A stretch of 64,000 bases of DNA, from contig JAWKJA010000002.1 of assembly GCA_041394025.1 (NCBI GenBank), forward strand, positions 979,178 to 1,043,177, given 5' to 3'. The position numbers were made by a program, and so were the translations under genes. The notes beneath the pieces are model-generated. The model did no database searches. It saw nothing but the letters and a program-made list of their open reading frames with translations, and had not been told where the DNA came from. Every line of letters begins with the position of its first letter. Position 1 is the first letter of the stretch. The DNA is from Acidimicrobiia bacterium (GTDB lineage Bacteria; Actinomycetota; Acidimicrobiia; IMCC26256; JAOSJL01). Below are positions 35,215 through 42,490 of this stretch, in pieces.

Positions 35215-36363
35215 TCAGTCGTCGCTGCCCAGGCGCCAGCGAGGGTCGGCGAGGAGAGCGTCCATCTCGGCGTTCCAGCGTTCTCGGCGATCGTCGTCAT
35301 CGAGCCACGCGGCGTCGAGTGAACGCCGCGCTGTCGCCGCCAGCTCCTCGGGCCCCCAACCCACCGTGCGGGTCGCGGCTCGGTACTCCTGTGCGAGGTC
35401 GGTGAAGAACATCGGGGGGTCGTCGCCGTGGATCGTGACATTGACGCCCGCCTCCACAAGACCACCCAGAGCGTGGCTGTCGAAGTCGGGCGTCAAGCCG
35501 GGCATCTGGAGGATGTTGCTCGTCGGACAGATCGTGAAGGGCACCTGCGAAGCAACGACCCGCTCGAGCAGTGCCGGGTCGTACAGCACGGCGTAGCCGT
35601 GGTCGAGGCGGTCGAGGCCCATGTCGAGCGCCGGAGCCACGTCGTCGGGCAGGTCGACGTGGCCGCACAGCTTCAGACCCGCGTCGCGGGCGACGTCGTA
35701 TCCGGGAGCAAGCGCGGCGAAGGGAACAGCGAGGGGATCGCCGTCGTTGCCGACGCCGACCACCCGCATGCCGCGGCTCCTCGCCTCGCCGGCGATCTCG
35801 GCGATCTCGCGGGCCCTGTCGCCCCCGGATCCGCGGTCGAACTCCACGATGACCCCACCCGTGAGATCCCAGGCCTCCGCTGCTGTCTCGAAGGCCGAGT
35901 CGATCGCCCCGAGGAACTCGTGGGCCTCAGCACCGTGGTCGAGGTAGTAGCCGAGCGTCACCATCATCTCCACGTGGCGGGCCCCACCGTCGACCTCTGC
36001 TCCCAGAACGTCGAGAGCCAGACGCCGGGTCGACTCGGTATCCCGCATGAGGGATGCCGAGCGCCGCATGTCCTGGATGAACTTGACGAAGCCCCGGTAG
36101 TCGTAGAGCGCATCGGGCCCGGCGGCTCCATGGCCGAAGTCGACGCCGCGCTCATGCGCCATCAGCCGCAACGTGGACGGACGGATGGAGCCCGAGAAAT
36201 GGAGGTGGAGCGACGCCTTGGGAAGCCGGCGGGCGAGGATGTCGAGCGCGATCTGCGGTCCGACCGGTGCCGCCTCGATGTCCATCATCCCGTCTTCGGG
36301 CAGGCCGTCCACGACGGCTTCGGCCGAGAGTTCCTCCATCCGCTTACCGACGTCGTCGGTCAT
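35215..36363 (-). CDS. Adenosine/adenine deaminase family (ADA-fold amidohydrolase) protein
   Basis: 382 aa. LPKASLHLHFSGS (HxH metal motif), HGY, TICPTSN and TIHGDDPPMF. The HxHxSGS variant resembles adenine-deaminase/ADAL-type members (by eye). Confidence 0.75.
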   Translation of the reverse strand: MTDDVGKRMEELSAEAVVDGLPEDGMMDIEAAPVGPQIALDILARRLPKASLHLHFSGSIRPSTLRLMAHERGVDFGHGAAGPDALYDYRGFVKFIQDMRRSASLMRDTESTRRLALDVLGAEVDGGARHVEMMVTLGYYLDHGAEAHEFLGAIDSAFETAAEAWDLTGGVIVEFDRGSGGDRAREIAEIAGEARSRGMRVVGVGNDGDPLAVPFAALAPGYDVARDAGLKLCGHVDLPDDVAPALDMGLDRLDHGYAVLYDPALLERVVASQVPFTICPTSNILQMPGLTPDFDSHALGGLVEAGVNVTIHGDDPPMFFTDLAQEYRAATRTVGWGPEELAATARRSLDAAWLDDDDRRERWNAEMDALLADPRWRLGSDD

Positions 36364-36397
36364 TCGCCTCTCCCCGGTCGTTCGTCCTTCAGTTGCG

Positions 36398-37729
36398 TCA
36401 ACATCGGATTCGACTCAGTGTGTCAGCCGCGGCGCGCTGGCCCGTTCGGTACGAAGCGCCCGTCGACGACGCAGCCAGGTAGTCGCCCGCGAATGACACG
36501 TTGTCCATCGGCGTGTGGTGGACGAACGTGTCGAGCGCACGGCAGTACCCGGGCCAGAAGATCGGCAGTGCGTCCTCCCACCGGGTCAGCTTCCGGTCGG
36601 TGACGAGCGGTGGGATCTGCGGGTATCGCAGACCGACCTGTCGCAGCATCTCGTCTGCCCAGTCGTCGTCACTGGTCTCGAGATTCCGGCGTATCGCTGC
36701 GGTGCGCATGCTCACACGGAAGAAGCTGACGTCGGGTGTTGTGCCTGCCCGGTCGTAGCCGAGTGCCAGGAGCTCCGGGTCCTCCCTGCGTGGGAAGAAC
36801 ACGTCCGTCGGCACATCGCCGGGTGGTGGTGACGAGAGCTTGAAGAAGCAGAGCTCGTGTGGGGTGTAGCGCACCCTTTCGAAGAAGTGGCGGCGCGTGT
36901 CGTCGAGGCCCTCGAGCATTCCGAGGACCTTCGTGCCCTGCGTCGCCACGACGACGTGGTCGGCCTCGCGACGCTCCGACTGCCCGTCGACCTCGACGTC
37001 GACCACCACGCGGCCGTCCGTACCGCCGCAGGGGTCGATCCTCCCGACTCGCGCCCCTGTCGTGACGTCGAGCTTCGAGGCCAACGTACGGGTGAGTTGT
37101 CCGAGGCCCTCGGTGAAGGTGAAGATCTCCGTCTCCTGGAACATCGTCGTGAGATAGACGAAGGCGCCCTTTCCGAAGTCGTGCGGCTCGTAGCCGCAGA
37201 ACAGCTCGAAACACGGCTCGACGACGTACTCCAGCAGCTCGGGATCGAGCCGACTCAACCACGTCTCGACCGACTCGTCGTCACACCACGCTGCACGCCA
37301 CGGTTCGAACGGTTCGTCGCCGTTGCGCCTCATCTGCTTCGCCAGCGTCGGGACCAGCTTCGGAAGCCGAAGTTTTCCGAGGATGCCCATTCCACCGAAC
37401 GTGAGGAAGCTGGCCGGCTCCGTGTACGAGAGGTGATGCGCGCGACCGTTGCGCCATATGTGGAACTCGACCTTTCCCGACGGCGTGGGGTACGGCACCT
37501 TGTCATCGCCCATCCCGAGCTCGCGGGCAAGGACGTCGAAGTTGTCGTCGACGCTCGTGATGAACTCGGCGCCCCGGTCGATCCACGCGCCGTGGAACCG
37601 TGTGGACTGCATGCGGCCACCCACGACGTCGCCCGCCTCGAGGACCGACACGTCGACGCCGGCCTTCTGGAGCTCCCAGGCGGCCCCCAGCCCCGAGATT
37701 CCTGCGCCCACCACGATCACACTCGCCAT
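36398..37729 (-). CDS. FAD-dependent oxidoreductase (amine oxidase/protoporphyrinogen oxidase-like), paralog 1
   Basis: ATG at 37729. VIVVGAGISGLGAAWEL...VLEAGDVVGGRM dinucleotide-binding motif and a C-terminal FAGDY motif. 443 aa. Confidence 0.8.
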   Translation of the reverse strand: MASVIVVGAGISGLGAAWELQKAGVDVSVLEAGDVVGGRMQSTRFHGAWIDRGAEFITSVDDNFDVLARELGMGDDKVPYPTPSGKVEFHIWRNGRAHHLSYTEPASFLTFGGMGILGKLRLPKLVPTLAKQMRRNGDEPFEPWRAAWCDDESVETWLSRLDPELLEYVVEPCFELFCGYEPHDFGKGAFVYLTTMFQETEIFTFTEGLGQLTRTLASKLDVTTGARVGRIDPCGGTDGRVVVDVEVDGQSERREADHVVVATQGTKVLGMLEGLDDTRRHFFERVRYTPHELCFFKLSSPPPGDVPTDVFFPRREDPELLALGYDRAGTTPDVSFFRVSMRTAAIRRNLETSDDDWADEMLRQVGLRYPQIPPLVTDRKLTRWEDALPIFWPGYCRALDTFVHHTPMDNVSFAGDYLAASSTGASYRTGQRAAADTLSRIRC

Positions 37730-37758
37730 CGGTTCGCCCCTCTGCGTGGAGACTGCTG

Positions 37759-39081
37759 CTAGGCCGAGCCGAGTCGCACGTCGATCTCCTCGGCCGCCCG
37801 CAACCCCGACTGGTAGGCGGCGCTCGTGGCGCCCGTCACCAGGTAGTCGCCGCAGAACGCCACGCCGCGCTGCGGCGGCAGGCCCACGAAGTCGGCCAAG
37901 CGCCGGATCGAGCCCGGCGGGAAGGCGGGCAGCGCATCGCGCCAGCGGATGACCTTGCTGTCGGTCACGGTGTCGGCGATGTCGGGATAGAGCCGCGACG
38001 CCGACTCGATCATTCTCTCGACCCACAGGTCCGTGGGGGTGTCGAGGTTCCGACGGATCACGTGGGTCTTCATGCTGATGCGCAGGAACGAGACATCGTC
38101 ACTCGTCGTGGAGCGGTCGTAGCCGACGGCGGCCACCTCCGGATCCTCCTTGCGGGGGATGAACACCCCCGGGGTCGGTACGCCCTCTGGCGGGCGGGAC
38201 ACCGTGAAGAACGCCAACTCGTGAGGTACGTACTCGACACGGTCGAAGAAGAGGCGCCGCTGCTCGCCGAGACCGTCGACGATCTCTCCGACCCGGCTGC
38301 CGGGCGTCGCCATGAGGACGAGGTCGGCCTCCTCGGTCTTCTCGTCCGAACCGACGGTATGGGTCACGGTGACGGGATCGGCGGACAGGTCGACTCTCGT
38401 CACGTCGGTACCGGTGGTGACGTCGAGCCTCGATGCCAGCGCCCGCGTGACGGTCCCGAGACCCTCGGGCCACGTGTGGATCTCGGGAAGGCGTGGGATC
38501 AGCATCATCGGGAGGAACGCGCCCTTGGAGAGGTTGTGGGGCTCCCACCCGCAGTAGAGCTCGAAGAACGGCTCGATGGCGTACTCGAGGAACTCGGGGT
38601 TGGTCCGGCCCAACCACGTCTGGACCGACTCGTCGTCGGCCCACGCGCCCCGCCAGATCTCGAAGTGGTTGCGGCCCGTGATCCGTGCCTGCTTGGCGAA
38701 CGCCGGCAGCATCTTCGCGAGCCGCGCACGCGACGCCACGCTCATCCCCCGGTAGCGGAGAACGCCGGTCGGCGACGAGTAGTCGAACTCGTGGGAAACA
38801 CCGTCGCGCAGTATCCGTGGCGCCACCTTGCCTCCCGGATAGGGACGCCGCTGCGCCAGGATCCCGAGCTCTGCCAGGAGGTCGTCGGGGATGCCGGGCG
38901 TCGCGACGAACTCCGCTCCGAGATCGATCCAGGTGCCCTTCCACTCCGTCGAGCTCATGCGACCACCCACGTGGTTCGAGCGTTCGAGGACCGACACGTC
39001 GTAGCCGCGCTTCTGGAGCTCGTACGCCGCGCCGAGTCCCGCGATTCCGGCACCGACGACGAGAACGCGCGGTGCGCTCAA
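37759..39081 (-). CDS. FAD-dependent oxidoreductase, paralog 2
   Basis: TTG at 39081 overlaps the SDR stop (TTGA). VLVVGAGIAGLGAAYEL...VLERSNHVGGRM. It is collinear with paralogs 1 and 3, sharing WADDESVQTWL and FCGDY. The start is uncertain. Confidence 0.8.
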   Translation of the reverse strand: MSAPRVLVVGAGIAGLGAAYELQKRGYDVSVLERSNHVGGRMSSTEWKGTWIDLGAEFVATPGIPDDLLAELGILAQRRPYPGGKVAPRILRDGVSHEFDYSSPTGVLRYRGMSVASRARLAKMLPAFAKQARITGRNHFEIWRGAWADDESVQTWLGRTNPEFLEYAIEPFFELYCGWEPHNLSKGAFLPMMLIPRLPEIHTWPEGLGTVTRALASRLDVTTGTDVTRVDLSADPVTVTHTVGSDEKTEEADLVLMATPGSRVGEIVDGLGEQRRLFFDRVEYVPHELAFFTVSRPPEGVPTPGVFIPRKEDPEVAAVGYDRSTTSDDVSFLRISMKTHVIRRNLDTPTDLWVERMIESASRLYPDIADTVTDSKVIRWRDALPAFPPGSIRRLADFVGLPPQRGVAFCGDYLVTGATSAAYQSGLRAAEEIDVRLGSA

Positions 39082-39890
39082 AACGATGTTCCGCCGTCGA
39101 CGTTCCACCAGGCGCCGTTCACATAGGACGCCTTGTCGGAACACAGGAATGCGATGACGTTCCCGACCTCCTCCGGTTCACCGAACCGGTCCGCCCAGGT
39201 GACGTGGCCGTAGCGCCGGTTGGCGTCCTCCACGTACTCGGCCTCGGTCATCCCCTTCTCCTCCAGCGCCTTGGCCATCCTCTCCCGGATCGGCTCCGAC
39301 GCCGTCATGCCGGGCATCACCGCATTGGCACGGATGCCGTCGTGGGCGAACTCCCGGGCCAGGTTCTTCGTGAAGTGTGCCAGGGCGGCCTTTGCCGACG
39401 AGTAGTGAGCGAGGAGCGGAATCCAGTGGCGGATCGACATCGCCGACGTGTTCACGATCGCCCCAACCCCGGCCTCCTTCATGATCGGCACCGCCGCCCG
39501 ACAGGTACGCACCGCCGACATGAGCAGCGCGTCGTAGGTGCGCGCCCACAGCTCATCGTCCTGGTCGAGGATGCCCTCGGAGCGCTCCGTCGGGCCCACC
39601 GTGTTGACGAGGGCGTCGAGACGCCCGAAGCGCTCGTGGGCGGCCTCGACGACGCGCTCACCCTCACCCTCTGCTGCGAGGTCGGCGGTCCAGGTCTCGG
39701 CATCCACACCCAGCGCCCGGGCGCGGTCCGCCGTCTCGTCGAGGTTGCCGGTGCTGCGCGAAACCAGAGCGAGGTTCGCCCCCTCGCCGGCCATCACGAG
39801 CGCCGCCGCCCTGCCGATCCCGACGCCGGCACCGGTCACGAGAGCCAACCTGCCATCGAGTCCCAGATCCACGGTCGGCTGCGTCTCCAT
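39078..39890 (-). CDS. Short-chain dehydrogenase/reductase
   Basis: 270 aa. VTGAGVGIG and YSSAKAAL motifs. Confidence 0.85.
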   Translation of the reverse strand: METQPTVDLGLDGRLALVTGAGVGIGRAAALVMAGEGANLALVSRSTGNLDETADRARALGVDAETWTADLAAEGEGERVVEAAHERFGRLDALVNTVGPTERSEGILDQDDELWARTYDALLMSAVRTCRAAVPIMKEAGVGAIVNTSAMSIRHWIPLLAHYSSAKAALAHFTKNLAREFAHDGIRANAVMPGMTASEPIRERMAKALEEKGMTEAEYVEDANRRYGHVTWADRFGEPEEVGNVIAFLCSDKASYVNGAWWNVDGGTSF

Positions 39891-39984
39891 CGGTCGGATG
39901 CGAATCAGGTAGCGAAGTTATATCATCACTCCCTACGCCCGGCGACCGGGCCGCGCGTGATCACGCCACCCGGGGGGGAATCCG

Positions 39985-41103
39985 ATGGCTACGACGGCGG
40001 AGCCCGCATCCGACGACACACCGACGCGGCCGTCCGGGCCATCGCGCACCCCGGCCGCCGCTCGCGCGCTCGAAGGCAAGAAGGCCCGGCCGGTCCTGTT
40101 CTGGGCGGCACTCGGCACCTTCTTCGTCTGCCTCCAGTTCTACATCTACACACGGTGGATCGCGTCGAGCGACTTCACCCGTACCGACACGGGTCCCGAC
40201 CCGCTGCCGACGGCCACACAGGTGTGGGTGGTCGGCTTCCAGGTTCTCTCGGTCGTCCTCGCGCTGGTGTTCGTCGTGTGGGTCGTGCGGCAGAGCCTGC
40301 GGGAACGCCGTCTCAGCTTCGACGCCATGCTCGTGATCGCATGGATGTCGCTCTACTGGCAGGACCCGCTGCTCAACTACTTCCGTCAGCAGTTCTTCTA
40401 CAACTCCGGCATGATCAACTTCGGCTCGTGGACCGAGCAGATCCCTGGATGGATCAGCCCACAGGCGTCCCAGCTCCCCGAGCCGGTGCTGTTCGTCGGG
40501 GTCATCTACCTCTGGTTGGGTCCGCTCTCGGCGTTGATGGCATTCGGGATCATGAGGGCCGTCAAGCGTCGCAGACCCGAGACGTCGGTTTTCGCGCTCC
40601 TGGTCTCGGCCTGGGCCGTCCTGTTCTTCTGGGACATCCTGTGCGAGGTCATCTTCATCCGGACCGAGCTCTACGCCTACAACGGAGCCATTCACGGCCT
40701 GTCGATCTTCGGCGGGGAGAGGTACCAGTTCCCCGTGTACGAGGCGTTCTTCTGGCCGATGGTCTGGACGGCCATGGGAGCGATCCGCTTCTTCCGGGAC
40801 GATCGGGGCCGGACCTTCCTCGACCGCGGCCTCGATCGTGTGAGGGCGAGTAGGAGGAACACGACCGGCCTGCGGCTCCTCGCCATCATCGGATTCGCCA
40901 ACCTGGCGATGATCATCTACACGGTGCCGATCTGGTACTCGGGGATGCACGCCGGCCGTACGCCCGAGGGCTATCCGAGCTACCTCACGAACGAGATGTG
41001 CGGCGAGGGCACCGACTACGCCTGCACCGCGCCGGAGATCCCGATCCCGCTCCCCGGGTCGGGCAACGTGGACCCCGACGGTGGGCTCGTTCCGCCGTCG
41101 TGA
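39985..41103 (+). CDS. Polytopic membrane protein, probable AveC (spirocyclase) family
   Basis: 372 aa with several hydrophobic segments. The blocks FWAALGTFFVCLQFYIYTRW, LSFDAMLVIAWMSLYWQDPLLNYF and GERYQFPVYEAFFWP...IRFFRDDRG resemble my recollection of Streptomyces AveC. No alignment was run. Confidence 0.6.
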   Translation: MATTAEPASDDTPTRPSGPSRTPAAARALEGKKARPVLFWAALGTFFVCLQFYIYTRWIASSDFTRTDTGPDPLPTATQVWVVGFQVLSVVLALVFVVWVVRQSLRERRLSFDAMLVIAWMSLYWQDPLLNYFRQQFFYNSGMINFGSWTEQIPGWISPQASQLPEPVLFVGVIYLWLGPLSALMAFGIMRAVKRRRPETSVFALLVSAWAVLFFWDILCEVIFIRTELYAYNGAIHGLSIFGGERYQFPVYEAFFWPMVWTAMGAIRFFRDDRGRTFLDRGLDRVRASRRNTTGLRLLAIIGFANLAMIIYTVPIWYSGMHAGRTPEGYPSYLTNEMCGEGTDYACTAPEIPIPLPGSGNVDPDGGLVPPS

Positions 41104-41176
41104 TAGACCGACGCTCAATCAGTTAGTACAGTCACACGATTCGCGACCGGAGCCCGCGGCCTCGGGGGGAGACGAC

Positions 41177-42415
41177 ATGCACCGTTCGATTCGATTGTTG
41201 GTTGTTGTCGTCGGCCTCGCACTCGCCGCCGCGGCATGCGAGAACGGCTCGTCGTCGGACAGCGGCAACGGTGGCGATTCGGTCGACACCGCCGACCTCA
41301 CGGGCGCGCCCGTCAAGCTGCACGTCATCGTCGACGGCGGCGGCGACACGGGCCTCGAACTCAGCCGTGTGGGCGATGCCGCCCAGGTGGCTGCAGACGC
41401 CGTGAACGCCGATGGAGGCGTCCAGGACAGTCCCGTCGAGATCACGTTGTGCGAGGCCGGTTTCGACCCCAACGCCGCGGCCGGGTGCGCGCGGGATGCC
41501 GTCGACGACGGAGCCACGGCGGTCGTCGGGGCGTTCACGACGTCGGGTGACGCCTATGTCCCGCCACTCGAGGAGGCGGGAATCCCGACGGTCGCCCCCT
41601 TCGCCATCAGCTTCAGCGAGTTCAGCAGCGAGTTCTCGTACCCGATCATCGGCGGCGCCCCTGCCACCACGGCCGGGATGGGCGCGCAACTCGCCGACGG
41701 CGACGCCGAGAGGATCAACGTGAGCTTCCTCGACATCGCCGAGGGCGCTCAGGCGGGAGTACTCCTCCAGGAGGGGCTGACGCCCCGGGGCCTCGAGATC
41801 TTCTCCGAGACCCCCGTGCCCGTGGAGACACCCGACCTGTCGTCGGTCATCGCCGATGCGACCGACGGATCCGACTCGGTGGCCCTCGTCCTGAGCGAGG
41901 ACGACGCTCCGCGCTGGATCCAACAGGCGAGCGAACAGGGTGTCGACCAGACGATCGCGTCGACCTCGGCGGCGATCACCCCGGATGCGGCATCGACGCT
42001 CGGTGCCTCGGCTGAAGGTGTGCTGGTGACGTCGAACTTCATCCCGATCACCGAGAGCGATGACCCCGGCGTGGAGAACTTCCTCGCCGAGGTCGACGAG
42101 TACGACTCCGATCTCGTGATCGACGACGGCTCGATGAACGGCTGGGCCGGCGTCCACGTCATCGCCGATGTCCTCGCTGACGCCACGGGTGACGTCTCCG
42201 ACCCCGCAACGCTCATCTCGGCGCTCGGTACGGCGACGAACGTGGAGACCGGCATCACGCCGCCGCTCGACTTCGCCACACCTCCCGAACCGATCTTCGG
42301 CGGCGCCATCTCGAGGCTGTTCAACCCCGACGTCCTGTACGCCGTGATCGAAGGTGGGGAGATCGTCCTCACGACCGACGAGCCCGAGTTCATCAACCCG
42401 TTCGTGGCCCCGTAG
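41177..42415 (+). CDS. ABC transporter substrate-binding lipoprotein (LivJ/Peripla_BP_6-like), paralog A
   Basis: ATG at 41177. The signal peptide has the lipobox LALAAAAC. AVVGAFTTSGDAYVPPLEEAGIPTV. Confidence 0.8.
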   Translation: MHRSIRLLVVVVGLALAAAACENGSSSDSGNGGDSVDTADLTGAPVKLHVIVDGGGDTGLELSRVGDAAQVAADAVNADGGVQDSPVEITLCEAGFDPNAAAGCARDAVDDGATAVVGAFTTSGDAYVPPLEEAGIPTVAPFAISFSEFSSEFSYPIIGGAPATTAGMGAQLADGDAERINVSFLDIAEGAQAGVLLQEGLTPRGLEIFSETPVPVETPDLSSVIADATDGSDSVALVLSEDDAPRWIQQASEQGVDQTIASTSAAITPDAASTLGASAEGVLVTSNFIPITESDDPGVENFLAEVDEYDSDLVIDDGSMNGWAGVHVIADVLADATGDVSDPATLISALGTATNVETGITPPLDFATPPEPIFGGAISRLFNPDVLYAVIEGGEIVLTTDEPEFINPFVAP

Positions 42416-42490
42416 GGCCGGACGGGGCCTCCCGACCCACGAGCCCCACGCCCTTCCATGACCACACGACAGGAACAGAGGTAGGCACGC

